Source: an uncultured delta proteobacterium (GTDB lineage Bacteria > Myxococcota_A > Polyangia > Fen-1088). Taken from it: 64,000 nucleotides of DNA. The stretch spans positions 832,001-896,000 of the forward strand of contig CAVYGB010000002.1 of NCBI GenBank assembly GCA_963767925.1. Reading direction: 5' to 3'. A program made the position numbers and the translations under genes. Shown here in pieces: positions 28,031 through 40,958 of the stretch. Positions within the stretch are counted from its first letter, which is position 1. Every line of letters starts with the position of its first letter. The notes below the pieces were generated by a model. It ran no database searches. It worked only from the letters and a program-made list of their open reading frames with translations, and had not been told where the DNA came from.

Positions 28031-29896
28031 ATGCGCACCATCCGCCCTGCCCTGGCCAGGCTTCTCTGTCTCGCGACCGCCGCGATCCTCGGCGTGGCGG
28101 CGTCGCCTGGCAACAGCGTCGCGCAGGAGGCGGGCAAGCTCGAGCTCACGCTCGGGCACGCCCCCTCGCACTTCCTGCCGGGCATGGTGGCCGCCTACCT
28201 CACGGTCGCGGTGCGGAACCCCGGGACCGGCGCGACGAGCGGCGCGGTCACGGTGGACACCACTGTCCCCGCCGGCCTGACGGCGACGGCCGCCGGCGGC
28301 CCGGGCTGGACCTGCACGGCGGCCGCCACCACGGCCTGCACGCGGAGCGACCGGCTCGACCCGGGAGCCAGCTACCCGCTGATCAAGATCGTCGTGGACG
28401 TCGCCGCCGAGGCCCCGGCCCAGATTGTCAGCCGGGCCAGCGTGGGGTCGGGCCCGGCCCAGGTCGCCGCCACCGACGCCATCCCGGCGCGCGACGCCTG
28501 CCCCTACGGGTGGTCGCCCGAGCAGACCGTGGCGTTCGCCCCGCCGTTCCGGCCGGGTCGCGCGGGCGGCAGCGACGCGGGCGTGCGCAACCCCGTTCAG
28601 CCCGACGGCTGCACCCTGCTCGACGCCATCTGGAGCGCCGAGCCGTTCGAGAGCCACGCGCGCTTCGTCGAGACGGTCGAGCGGGCCGCCGCCGACTTCG
28701 TGGGCAAGGGCCTCCTCACGGCGCCGCAGCAGCAGGCCATCGCCGCCGCCGCCCGGCGCTCGGCGGTGGGTCGCAAGGGTGTCCCGCAGGTGGACAACTC
28801 CTGCCCCAGCCGCATCGCCCTCAAGTTCGACGACGGGCCGTCCTCTTTCCGGCCCAGGCTGCTGCAGGTCCTGCGCGAAAAACAGGTCCACGCCACCTTC
28901 TTCGACAACGGCGTGCGGGTGGAGGCCAACCCGCAGGTTTCGCGCTTCCAGGTGCGCGAGGGCCACATCCAGCTCAGCCACACCTTCTCGCACGTGCACA
29001 TGGACGAGCTGCCCACCGAGGCCCTGCGCGAGGAGACCCTCCGCACCGAGGCCGCCCTGGCCGCCGCCGGCGCGCCGATGACCTTCAAGGGGATCCGGCC
29101 GCCCTTCGGCGGCACCAGCCCCGCCGTGCACCGCCTGATGCTCGAGCTGGGCTACACCGAGTTCCGCAGCGGGCTGCAGGTCGGAGCGCAGGACTGGCTG
29201 CCGGAGCGAACCGCCGAGGCCATCCGCGACGACATCCTCAAGCAGCTCCGCCCCGGCCTGATCATCGGCCTGCACGACGGCCCGATCGACACCCCCGCCG
29301 GCGCCGCCACCGTCGAGGCGGTGAGGCAGACCATCGATAAGGCCCGCGCGCTCGGCTACTGCTTCGGGGTTGTCGACGACACCGCCCACGTGGTCGCCGA
29401 CCGCTACGTCTCCTCCGGACAGGCCATCCCCCGCACCAGCAAGCCGGTGCCCTACCGCTTGCCGCTCGTCTCGGGCAGCGTCGATCGCCTGCCCCGCCCG
29501 TACGTGCGCGTCGCCTCGCCGATCCAGCTCGCCGCCAGCCACGCCCCCGCCACCTTCGTGCGCGGGCAGGTCGGCACCCTCACCCTCACCGTCCGCAACG
29601 AGAGCGACCGGCCGACCGACGGCGCCCCGGTGAACGTCGTCAACGCCATCCCCGCCGGCCTGATCGCGACGGGCGCCGCGGGCGACGGCTGGACCTGCTC
29701 CGCCGCCGGCGGGCAAACCTGCACCCGCAAGGACGTCCTCGCCCCCCGCGCCGCTTACCCCCCCATCATCATCAACCTGAAGGTCGCCGACGACGCCCCC
29801 AAGACGATCGTCAACGCCCCGGTCTTGACCGGCCACGGCAGCGCCTGGGCCGACGACACCACCGACCGCATCCCCACCATCGCCCCGGAGAGCTGA
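28031..29896 (+). CDS. Secreted polysaccharide deacetylase (NodB/CE4) flanked by Ig-like DUF11-type domains
   Basis: GAGGAG RBS, signal peptide; IALKFDDGP, HTFSH, RPPFG, DW, LHDG; two similar GWTC...TCTR.D.L.P.A.YP domains. Confidence 0.88.
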   Translation: MRTIRPALARLLCLATAAILGVAASPGNSVAQEAGKLELTLGHAPSHFLPGMVAAYLTVAVRNPGTGATSGAVTVDTTVPAGLTATAAGGPGWTCTAAATTACTRSDRLDPGASYPLIKIVVDVAAEAPAQIVSRASVGSGPAQVAATDAIPARDACPYGWSPEQTVAFAPPFRPGRAGGSDAGVRNPVQPDGCTLLDAIWSAEPFESHARFVETVERAAADFVGKGLLTAPQQQAIAAAARRSAVGRKGVPQVDNSCPSRIALKFDDGPSSFRPRLLQVLREKQVHATFFDNGVRVEANPQVSRFQVREGHIQLSHTFSHVHMDELPTEALREETLRTEAALAAAGAPMTFKGIRPPFGGTSPAVHRLMLELGYTEFRSGLQVGAQDWLPERTAEAIRDDILKQLRPGLIIGLHDGPIDTPAGAATVEAVRQTIDKARALGYCFGVVDDTAHVVADRYVSSGQAIPRTSKPVPYRLPLVSGSVDRLPRPYVRVASPIQLAASHAPATFVRGQVGTLTLTVRNESDRPTDGAPVNVVNAIPAGLIATGAAGDGWTCSAAGGQTCTRKDVLAPRAAYPPIIINLKVADDAPKTIVNAPVLTGHGSAWADDTTDRIPTIAPES

Positions 29897-30067
29897 GCCC
29901 GCGCCGCGGCCGCCCCGCGGAATCCCCGCGGGACCTTCGGCTTTGCCAGCTCCCCTACCGCGGTCCCGACCCCGACCGGCTGCCAAACGCCCCCGCCATG
30001 CTGTTCATGTCCGCCATCATCGCCGCCCAGTCCCCCGGCTCGATCCGAACGTCCAGCCGCACCACCT

Positions 30068-30222
30068 CGATTGCGGCGAGGTCCGCGGCGTTGCCCGACA
30101 TTCACCGTGATCCCATCGATCGGGTGATCGTGGCGACGGCGATCGAACAGAGCGCCGAGCTCGTTTCCAAGGACGAACTGGTCGCGAGGTATCCCGGTCT
30201 GCAGGTCCGATGGGACCAGTAG
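30068..30222 (+). pseudogene. C-terminal fragment of a PIN/VapC toxin
   Basis: LPDIHRDPIDRVIVATA...LVSKD...Y...W is the typical VapC tail; no N-terminal half. Confidence 0.65.
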
Positions 30223-30234
30223 CACGTGTCGCGA

Positions 30235-30560
30235 TCAGGGGGGTGGGGCGGGGGGGAGGGGGGTGGTGAGCATGAGGGTGTTGCCTTCGGGGTCCGTGAC
30301 GTAAGCGAGGCGTTCGCCCCAGGGCTGATCCAGGGGGGGAACCAGGGGGGTGGTGCCGGCGGCTTGCAGGCGGGCGACGGTTGCGTCGACGTCGGGGACG
30401 TAGAGGCAAAGCTCGAAGCCGCGGCCGGCCTGGGGGACGCGCTGGTCCCGCGCCTCCAGGCCGGGGACCACGTCGTAGGTTCCGAGGCTCAGGCTGGCGC
30501 TGCCCCAGGTGAGGGTGACGAACGAGGGCTCTCCCTCCGGGGGAAAGCGCCGCTCGTGGC
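30235..30560 (-). pseudogene. 5'-truncated VOC/glyoxalase gene
   Basis: RFPPEGEPSFVTL...ELCLYVPDVDA...DQPWGERLAYVTDPEGN; in-frame stop upstream and no proper N-terminus. Confidence 0.65.
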
Positions 30561-31013
30561 CTCCGCCAGAGCATACCCAAGCTCCGGTTCAGTCCGGCGT
30601 CAGGAAACGCCCTGCCCGTTTGCCGTGGGGAGAGGAGCGGGGACCCCGCCGGATCCGGCCATTCTCAGAAATCCGTGGGCGCACCGGGCACGGCGCGTTC
30701 GCGACGAGCGGTGGACGTACGCGCTATCATGGGGCGCCGGCGCGGGCGCTGCACCCGGCGCGGCGCTCACCTTTCGGGAGTGGGGCTTACGACCGCCTCC
30801 CAGACTGCGCGCGCGCGCTCGCGACGCCCGGCCCAACTGCTACCATTGAGGCACCAAGCAGGCCCCGCTCGGATGGAAAGGGCTCGTCGTCGAAGAGCCT
30901 CACCGCGCCTGGGCGTCTTCGATATCCCAGATGCGCGATCGACGGGCTACCAGGCACGGCCGCCAGGCCACGGACCGCTTGCCGGAGGCGAAACTCCCCC
31001 GGAGCGGCTGGCG

Positions 31014-31862
31014 ATGAGCGGCGCGGGACCGACTTACGGATCGGCGACCGACCTCGACCGCGTGCGCGCCTATTACGCCCGGACCGACGAGTGGGCGCGC
31101 CTCGCGTCGCCCTCCGGCGCCATCGAGCTCCGGCGGGCCTGCGCCCTGCTCGACGCCCACTTGCAGCCTGGCGCGCGGGTCCTCGACCTGGGCGGGGGAC
31201 CGGGGCGGTACGCCATCGAGCTCGCCCAGCGGGGCCACCGGGTGGTGCTGGCCGATCTCTCTCCGAACATGCTCGAGGAGGCGAGCCGGCGGCTCGCGGA
31301 GGCGGAGGTGATGGATCACATCGACTCGATCGACGAGGTCGATGGCCAGGACCTCACCCGCTACCCGGACGGCCGCTTCGATGCAGTGCTGGCCTTCGGC
31401 CCCTTTTATCACCTGCTGTCCGAGCACGAGCGGCGCGCGGCGGCCCGCGAGATCGGGCGGGTCCTCGAGCCGGGCGGGCTGGCGCTCGTCGCCTTCATCC
31501 CCCGGCTGAGCGGGATCGCCGGGCTGCTCGAGCGGGCGGCGAGCAACCCCGAGCAGGTGCCCCCGGGCACGCTGACCCGGGCCGCCGCCACCGGCGTGTT
31601 CCGCAACCCGTCGAGCCGCGGCTTCCAGGAGGGCTACTTCCCCACCCCGGACGAGCTCTCGAAGCTGTTCGAGTCGATCGGGTTCACGGTTGTCGAGATC
31701 GTCTCCCTCCGGTCGGTGGCCAATCGGCTCGAGCCGATCCTGGGCGGGATCCAGGGCTCGGTGCAGCCCGAGGTGGGCCGCGTCCTCGACGAGGTGGCCC
31801 GCGATCCGGCGGTTGTCGCCACCGGCGGGCACGCGGTCCTGGTCGCCCGAAAAATGTTGTGA
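31014..31862 (+). CDS. Class I SAM-dependent methyltransferase
   Basis: VLDLGGGPGRY, FDAVLAFGPFYHL. Confidence 0.9.
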   Translation: MSGAGPTYGSATDLDRVRAYYARTDEWARLASPSGAIELRRACALLDAHLQPGARVLDLGGGPGRYAIELAQRGHRVVLADLSPNMLEEASRRLAEAEVMDHIDSIDEVDGQDLTRYPDGRFDAVLAFGPFYHLLSEHERRAAAREIGRVLEPGGLALVAFIPRLSGIAGLLERAASNPEQVPPGTLTRAAATGVFRNPSSRGFQEGYFPTPDELSKLFESIGFTVVEIVSLRSVANRLEPILGGIQGSVQPEVGRVLDEVARDPAVVATGGHAVLVARKML

Positions 31863-31960
31863 CGTCCCGACCGGCGTCCGCCGCCGTACCGCCCGACCCT
31901 CCGAGATGGCCTGACCCGGCCAGGGCCACCCGGCCAGGCTTCGGCTAGGCTGAGCGCCGG

Positions 31961-32764
31961 ATGTCCAGAGCGACCCTCGTGCTGCTGCCCGGGATGGACG
32001 GAAGCGCGGCAATGTTCGCCCCCTTCCTCGAAGCGGCCCCGCCGCAGGTCGACGCGATCACCGTCCCCTACCCGGTCGGCGGGGCGAACACCTACCCGGA
32101 GCTGCTGCCCGCCGTGCAGGCGATGCTCCCGCGCGACCGGCCGTTCCACCTGCTCGGCTGGTCCTTCGGCGGCCCACTCGCGCTGCTGGCGGCGGCCGCC
32201 CGTCCGGCGGGGCTGCGCGGGGTGATCCTCGCCGCCTCCTTCATCCGCCGCCCGGTCCGCTACCTGCCCCCCTGGGCCCGGCACCTGGCCCGCCCGCTCC
32301 TGTTCCGGCTGTACCCCGCCGCCTCGCAGCTCAAGGCGGTGGTCGGTGGCTACGCCACCCCCGACCTGCGCCGCCGCCTGGCCGCCGCTCACGAGCAGGC
32401 GGGCCCCGCCGCCCTGGCCTGCCGGGTGCGGGAGGCCCTCACCGTCGACGCCACCGGCGCGCTGCAGGCCTGCCCGGTCCCGCTGCTGTACCTGCGCGCC
32501 GACGCCGACGAGGTCATCGCCGCCCGCCACGCCGAGGCCATCCGCGCGCTGGCCCCCACCCTCGAGATCGCCGACATCGCGGGCCCCCACCTGGCCCTCG
32601 TCACCAACCCCGCCGCCGCCTGGCGCGCCGTCGCCACGTTCCTCGCCCGCACCGCTCTGCCTCCGGGGCGCGCCGACCGGATGAACCCGGGCCATGGCGG
32701 CCGGGCGCGAGCAGGACCAGGCGGCGGCGCTCCGGTTCTGGCCGCGCTGGTCGTCCTCGCCTGA
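31961..32764 (+). CDS. Alpha/beta hydrolase
   Basis: LLPGMDGS, GWSFGG nucleophile elbow, D, GPH. Confidence 0.88.
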   Translation: MSRATLVLLPGMDGSAAMFAPFLEAAPPQVDAITVPYPVGGANTYPELLPAVQAMLPRDRPFHLLGWSFGGPLALLAAAARPAGLRGVILAASFIRRPVRYLPPWARHLARPLLFRLYPAASQLKAVVGGYATPDLRRRLAAAHEQAGPAALACRVREALTVDATGALQACPVPLLYLRADADEVIAARHAEAIRALAPTLEIADIAGPHLALVTNPAAAWRAVATFLARTALPPGRADRMNPGHGGRARAGPGGGAPVLAALVVLA

Positions 32765-32775
32765 CGGGGCGGGAG

Positions 32776-32811
32776 CGTCCGGATCCGGACGGTGGCGTGC
32801 GGGGGCGGACG
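32776..32811. promoter_or_regulatory. Putative tandem enhancer-binding-protein sites
   Basis: Perfect palindrome CGTCCGGATCCGGACG plus degenerate CGTGCGGGGGCGGACG 20 bp later. Confidence 0.55.
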
Positions 32812-32853
32812 GAGGCGCGCGTCGCGAGCGTCGCTGGAGGGCGAGCCGGCGGG

Positions 32854-32869
32854 CGGCACTGTCGTTGCA
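32854..32869 (+). promoter_or_regulatory. Putative sigma54 promoter of the exporter operon
   Basis: CGGCACTGTCGTTGCA: GG-N10-GC with TTGCA. Confidence 0.7.
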
Positions 32870-32882
32870 ACCTGGGGGAAGC

Positions 32883-34160
32883 GTGATCGATCCCCTCGAC
32901 AATGTGGACCGGCCGCTCGCGCGTGGCGTGCGGCGGGGGCGGATCGTGCGGCGGGGGGTGAGCGCGGTGGGAGTGGCCGGGGTGGCGGTGCTGGCGCTGG
33001 GGTGGGCGTCGGCGGCGTTGCGGCCGACCCTGCTGCGGAGCCAGATCCGTACCGCCCGGGTGGACGTGGGGCGGCTGGAGGCGATCCTGGCGGCCACCGG
33101 GACGGTGGTGCCGGAGATCGAGCAGGTCGTGTCGGTGCCGGTCGAGGCGCGCGTGCTCGCCATCCGCAAGCGGCCGGGGGACCCGGTGGCCGTGGGGGAG
33201 GCCATCCTGGACCTCGACCTCGAGGCGGCGGCGCTGGAGCAGGAGAAGCTCGACCAGGCCCTCGCCCAGCGGGTCAACCTGCAGGGCCGCACCCGGCTGG
33301 AGCTGGAGGCCCGCATGAACGACCTCGAGAGCCAGCGCGAGGTGAAGACGCTGCAGCTCGGCGCCCTGCAGGCCCAGAGCGCGCGCGACCGGGAGCTGCA
33401 GCGGCGGGGGCTGCTGGCCCGGGAGAGCCTGGCCCAGTCCGAGCTGCAGGAGGCCCAGGCCGCCGTCGAGCTCCGGCGGATCGCCGCCGACCAGCAGCAG
33501 GCGCGGGCCGCGACCCGGGCCACCCTGGCGGGCCTGACCCTCGAGATGGCCACCTTGCGTCGCGAGCGGGCGCAGGCCCGGCGCCAGCTCGAGCGGGCCA
33601 CCACCCGCGCCGACCGACCGGGGGTGGTGACCTGGACGGTCAGCGAGGAGGGCGCTACCGTGCGCAAGGGGGACGTCATCGCCCGCATCGCCGACCTGCG
33701 CTCGTTCCGGGTGGACGCGACAATCTCGGACGTTCACGCCCAGCGGGTCGCCGCCGGGCTGCCGGTCCTCGTCAACGTCAGCGACGCCCTCCGGACCCGC
33801 GAGCTCGCCGGGACGGTGAGCCAGGTGCACCCCACCATCCGCGACGGCGTCCTCTCCTTCTCGGTCGCCCTGAAAGAGCGATCGAGCCCGCTCCTCCGCT
33901 CGAACCTGCGGGTCGACGTCCTGGTGATCCTGAGCCGCAAGGAGCGCGCCCTGCGCATCGCCCGCGGACCCTTCGCCGAAGGGGGCGGGGTGCGCGAGGT
34001 GTTCGTCGTCCGGGGCGACCGGGCTCTGCGCACGCGCGTGCGCCTCGGCAGCGCGGGCCCCGAGCACCTGGAGGTGCTGGCCGGCCTGCAGGCCGGCGAC
34101 GAGGCCATCATCTCGGACATGACCGACAACCTCCACCTGCCCCAGATCGATCTGCGCTGA
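32883..34160 (+). CDS. MacA/HlyD-family periplasmic adaptor
   Basis: TM anchor, ATGTVVP, coiled-coil hairpin, GLQAGDEAIISD; GTG start. Confidence 0.9.
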   Translation: MIDPLDNVDRPLARGVRRGRIVRRGVSAVGVAGVAVLALGWASAALRPTLLRSQIRTARVDVGRLEAILAATGTVVPEIEQVVSVPVEARVLAIRKRPGDPVAVGEAILDLDLEAAALEQEKLDQALAQRVNLQGRTRLELEARMNDLESQREVKTLQLGALQAQSARDRELQRRGLLARESLAQSELQEAQAAVELRRIAADQQQARAATRATLAGLTLEMATLRRERAQARRQLERATTRADRPGVVTWTVSEEGATVRKGDVIARIADLRSFRVDATISDVHAQRVAAGLPVLVNVSDALRTRELAGTVSQVHPTIRDGVLSFSVALKERSSPLLRSNLRVDVLVILSRKERALRIARGPFAEGGGVREVFVVRGDRALRTRVRLGSAGPEHLEVLAGLQAGDEAIISDMTDNLHLPQIDLR

Positions 34161-34177
34161 CCTTTGCACGGACCTTG

Positions 34178-34235
34178 CGCTGACCGCCGCTGACCGCCGC
34201 TGACCGCCGCTGACCGCCGCTGACCGCCGCTGACC
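34178..34235. repeat. 10-bp tandem repeat (CGCTGACCGC) x5+
   Basis: Seen directly between the adaptor and ATPase genes. Confidence 0.9.
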
Positions 34236-34255
34236 CTCTTGTGGAGCCACCCATC

Positions 34256-34923
<668 letters not shown>

Positions 34924-34924
<1 letters not shown>

Positions 34925-36189
34925 TGTTGCGCATCCACCTCAAGCTCGCCCTCAAGCTGCTGCTGCGCCACAAGGTCCACACCGCCATCAGCCTGTTCGG
35001 CATCACCTTCACCCTGCTGGCCTTGATCCTGGTGGCCGCCCTCGCCGACCACGCCGCCGGCCCGGTCGGCCCCGAGCGGCGCCAGGACCGCATCCTCATC
35101 ACCAGCGGCGAGGCCGAGGATCCCACCGGCGAGGAGCGGCACGGACTGTCGCTCGGCCCCCGGCTGCTGGCGCGCTTCTTCGGCGACCTGCCCGGCGCCG
35201 AGGCGATGTCGGTCTTCCTCGGGCCCGTTCGTGTCCGCGCCTACCGCGAGGGCGCCCGCCTCGACCTGGGGCTCAAGCGCACCGACGGCGCCTTCTGGAC
35301 CGTCCTGCAGTTCGACTTCCTCGAAGGCGGGCCCTACGGCGCCGAGGAGGTGCGCGAGGCCCGCCCGGTCGCGGTCATCAACGAGAGCACGCGGGGCAAG
35401 CTGTTCGACGGCGCGCCGGCCCTGGGCCGCTGGATCGAGCTGGAGGGCCAGCGCTTCCGGGTTGTCGGCGTCGTGCGGGACGCCTCACCCCTGCGCCGCA
35501 TCCCCTGGTCCGACGTCTGGGTTCCGATCACCACCTCGCGCCGGGACGAGCACCTGGCCGATCTGAAGTCCTCCGCCGACGCCATCGTGCTGGCCCGGAG
35601 CCCCGCCGACTTTCCCCGCATCAGGCAGGAGGCCGATCTGCGCGCCGCCCGCTACGACTCGCCCGACCCCACCCGGCACGGGCGCGTGCACGTGTCGATG
35701 GAGACGCACTTCGAGCAGATCGTCGACGAGCTGAGCAAGGGCCTCGTCGACCGCCGCGGCCGCAACGGTCAGGTGGCCAGGATCAGCAAGCTGGCGGGGT
35801 TCGCGCTCATGCTCAGCCTGCTGTTCATGCTGCTGCCCGCGGTGAACCTCATCAACCTCAACGTGAGCCGCATCCTCGAGCGGGCCTCCGAGATCGGGGT
35901 GCGCAAGGCCTTCGGAGCGTCATCGCGGGCCCTGGTGGGCCAGTTCGTTGTCGAGAACGTCGTGCTCACCACCGTGGGCGGCGGCCTGGCGCTGTTGCTC
36001 GCCACGCTGGTGCTCCACCGGGTGAGCGCCACCGGGATCCTCGGGGCCGAGCCGCTCCAGGTCAGCTACCGCGTGTTCCTGGTGGGCCTGGCCCTGGCCG
36101 TCGTGTTCGGCCTGGTCTCCGGCGTCTACCCGGCCTGGAAGATGGCGCGCATGCACCCGCTGGCCGCGCTGAGAGGAGGCGCCCGATGA
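34924..36189 (+). CDS. ABC permease (MacB/FtsX family)
   Basis: VAVINE, ERASEIGVRKAFGA, YPAWK..RMHP. Confidence 0.92.
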
Positions 36190-37472
36190 TTCGCCACCTG
36201 CTGACGCTGACCTGGAACCGCCGGCGCACCAACCTGCTGCTCACCCTCGAGATCTTCGTGGCCTTCCTGGCCCTCGTCGCGCTGAGCACCTTCGCCTTCT
36301 GGGCCTGGCGCGCCTTCCACGAGGACCGGGGCTACGTCCTGGAGGACGTCTGGCGGGTGCGCATCCAGGACTCCCAGCCGGTGCCCAACCTGCCCAAGAA
36401 GACCAGCCTCGGGCCGATCGGATACGGATCGAGCGCGCCGCGACCGAAGGGGCCCCCGCCCCGGGCCCGGGACGTGATCGCCGCCGTGTCGGCGCTGCCC
36501 CAGGTCCTCGAGGTCGCCGCCCTGGACGGCGGCACGCCCCTTTACGGCGGAAGCTCGGACCGGAGGTCGCGGATCGACCGCCGCCGCTACCAGTTCGGGG
36601 CGGGGACCGACAACCTCCCGGCCGTGCTGGGCATCTCGCTCTCGCGCGGGCGCTGGTTCGGCAAGGAGGACGACGGCGGCGTATACCGGCCGGTGGTGAT
36701 CACCGAGCAGCTCGCGGGCGCCCACTTCGAGGACGCCGATCCCCTTGGCCGGGAGCTCCGGGAAGATCCCCGGCCAGGAGCGCCCACGCCGCAGGTCATG
36801 CGCGTGGTCGGCGTCATGCCGAGATACCTGACCGGCGACATCATGAAGCTCGATTTCGGCGGCCGCCCCGACTTCCTGTTCGAGCGGCTGCGGCTGGACG
36901 ACGACGGCGAGCAGCGGGGGGTCCCCAACCTCGTGGTCAAGGTCCGCCGGGGCAGCGGCAACGCCTTCGAGGAGACCCTGACGAAGACGGTGCAGGCCGA
37001 GGCCCGAGGCTGGTTCGTCGAGATCACCTCCTTCGAGCTGGGAAGACGCCAGGTGATGGATCAGGTCGGCATCCTGTTCTCCGTGCTGGGCGTTGTCGCG
37101 ATCTTCGTGCTGCTGATGGTGGCGCTGGGGCTGTCGGGCGTGGTCTGGCAGAACGTCACCCGGCGGACCGCCGAGATCGGCCTGCGCCGGGCGCAGGGGG
37201 CCACCGCCCGGGACATCCGGTGGCAGTTCCTCGGCGAGCTGTTCGCCCTGGCCTCGCTGGCCATGGTGGCGGGGGCGGTGGTGGTGATCAACTTTGCCGG
37301 GGTGATCTCCAACCTCTCCTACTTCGGCATCGGCTTCGTGACCTGGAAAGTGTACGCCGCCGGGTTTGCCTTCTCCGCGCTCACCATCTACGTTCTCGTC
37401 ATGCTGGCGGGGTTCGTTCCGGCCCACCTGGCGGCGCGGGTGCAGCCGCTGCAGGCCCTGCGGCAGGAGTAG
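36186..37472 (+). CDS. ABC permease (MacB/FtsX family)
   Basis: RRTAEIGLRRAQGA, PAHLAARVQPLQALRQE. Confidence 0.92.
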   Translation: MIRHLLTLTWNRRRTNLLLTLEIFVAFLALVALSTFAFWAWRAFHEDRGYVLEDVWRVRIQDSQPVPNLPKKTSLGPIGYGSSAPRPKGPPPRARDVIAAVSALPQVLEVAALDGGTPLYGGSSDRRSRIDRRRYQFGAGTDNLPAVLGISLSRGRWFGKEDDGGVYRPVVITEQLAGAHFEDADPLGRELREDPRPGAPTPQVMRVVGVMPRYLTGDIMKLDFGGRPDFLFERLRLDDDGEQRGVPNLVVKVRRGSGNAFEETLTKTVQAEARGWFVEITSFELGRRQVMDQVGILFSVLGVVAIFVLLMVALGLSGVVWQNVTRRTAEIGLRRAQGATARDIRWQFLGELFALASLAMVAGAVVVINFAGVISNLSYFGIGFVTWKVYAAGFAFSALTIYVLVMLAGFVPAHLAARVQPLQALRQE

Positions 37473-37479
37473 CCCCGCG

Positions 37480-38885
<1,406 letters not shown>

Positions 38886-38889
<4 letters not shown>

Positions 38890-40217
38890 AGCTGCGCTGG
38901 CGCTTCGTCCTCTACGTGGTGGCGGTCAACGCCGCCGCCGGCGCCCTGCTGTTCCCCTTCCTGGTGGCCAATCCGCTCTGGCTGCTGGCGGCGGAGGCGG
39001 GGCTGGCCCTGTCCCTGCTGGTGGGCCTGCGGCTGGTGCGGGGGCTGTTCCGCACGCTGGCCCTCATCCAGGACGGCGCCCAGTTCCTGCGGGACCGGGA
39101 CTTCACCGCCCGCCTGCGCGAGACCAACCAGCCCGAGCTCGACACCCTGGTGGGCGTCTACAACCAGATGGTCGATCACCTGCGCCAGGAACGGGCCCGC
39201 CTGCAGGAGCAGCACCACTTCCTGGCCCAGATCCTCGAGCAGTCCCCCTCGGCCATTGTCGTGCTCGACTTCGACGGGGCCATCTCCCTGTGCAACCCCG
39301 CCGCTGTCCGGCTGCTCGACGCCGCCGGGGCCGCCGGACCGGCCGCACCCACGCCCGTCGGCCGACGCCTCGCCGACTTCCCCGCGGACGCCAGCCTGGC
39401 CCACGCCCTGCACACCCTGGCCGGCGGCGAGACCCGGGTCGTGCCCCTGCCCGATGGGCGCCGCCTCAAGTGCCGGCGCGGCAGCTTCCTCGACCGGGGC
39501 TTTCCCCGCGGCTTCTTCCTGATCGAGGAGCTGACCGAGGAGCTGCGCCAGGCCGAGCGGGCGGCCTACGAGAAGCTCATCCGCATGATGTCCCACGAGG
39601 TCAACAACTCGGTGGGCGCCACCGGCTCGCTGCTGGTCTCCTGCCTCACCTACGCCCCCCTGCTCCCCGCCGAGCAAGGCCACGACCTGGAGGCCGCCCT
39701 GCGGGTTGTCATCACCCGCACCGAGCAGCTCGGCGGCCTCATGCGCAGCTTCGCCGAGGTCGTGCGCCTGCCGCCGCCCCGGCGCCGCCCGACCGACCTC
39801 GAGGCGCTGCTGCGCGAGGTGGCGGTCCTGCTGCGCGCCGAGTGCGAGCGCCGGCGCGTGACCTGGACCTGGGCGATCGAGGAGGCCCCCGGCCCGATCG
39901 ACCTCGACCCCGTCCAGCTCGAGCAGGTGTTCGTCAACCTGGCCAAGAACGCCCTCGAGGCCATCGGCGAGGGCGGCACCCTCACCGTCCGCCTCGGCCG
40001 CCGCGGCCCGCGCCCCTTCGCCACCGTCGAGGACACCGGGCCCGGCATCCCCCCCGAGGCCCGGGCCCACCTGTTTACCCCCTTCTTCACCACCAAGGAG
40101 ACCGGCCAGGGCATCGGCCTCATGCTCATCCAGCAGATCCTCGACCAGCACCAGTTCGACTACACCCTCGACAGCCCCCCCGGCGGCCCCACCCGCTTCA
40201 CGATCGTCTTCCGCTGA
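38886..40217 (+). CDS. Sensor histidine kinase with PAS domain
   Basis: 2 TM helices, SHEVNNS, NLAKNALEA, DTGPGI, GQGIGL. Confidence 0.93.
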
Positions 40218-40249
40218 TCGGGCGGCGCTTGCGGTACGCTGCGGACGCG

Positions 40250-40312
40250 ATGGGCGCGATGGGCGCGATGGGCGCGATGGGCGCGATGGGCGCGATGGGC
40301 GCGATGGGCGCG
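40250..40312 (+). repeat. 9-bp tandem repeat (ATGGGCGCG) x7
   Basis: Seen directly; in frame with the downstream ATG at 40313. Confidence 0.9.
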
Positions 40313-40958
40313 ATGATGACGGGGCGGACTCCGGGCCGCCGGGCGATCCTGCTTGCCTGGTTCGCCGCCGCCGCCTGGGCCCTGGCGGCGGGAGGCTGCT
40401 CGGCCGAGCCCTGGGAGCAGGCGGGCAAGCCGCCCTTGCGGGTGGTGCTGGGCAGCGGCGGGCTGGGATGCGGCAGCGACGGCGTCTGCGACGTCGACCT
40501 GACCTACCGGGTGGACGTGTTCGGCCCACGGGCGAGCGGGGCCTGCCCGCAGGTCGTGTCGGTCTCGCACCGGATCGACGGGCCCGGGGCGGAGTCGGGC
40601 TGCGCCACCGCGCAGGCCCAGCCGGCGGTGGTGCTGTACCGATCGCAAGCCCGGCGGGCCACCCGCTCACCCGACGGCACCCGCTACGAGGCGAGCATCT
40701 CCCGCGAGGAGCTGTACTGGGGCCGCTACTGGGGCGCCTGCCCCGGATGCCTGGGGCACGCCTGGATCGAGCTGCGCGCCGCCTCGCCCGCGCGACCGGA
40801 GGAGGCGCTGCGCTTCTGCACCACCCCCACCGGCGATTCTGGCGGCCGACACCGTGAACCTGGTGCGGGGGGCCTTCCTCTCCGAGGCGATCGCCCCCCC
40901 GGCCTGTCCGGACGCCTACTTCGAGACCTTCGCGGGCTTCACAGTACCAGCCCGGTGA
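40313..40958 (+). pseudogene. Cys-rich lipoprotein gene with apparent +1 frameshift near 40820-40830
   Basis: AGGC lipobox; after CTTP the GC3-rich frame shifts to PAILAADTVNLVRGAFLSEA...TVPAR*. Confidence 0.5.
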
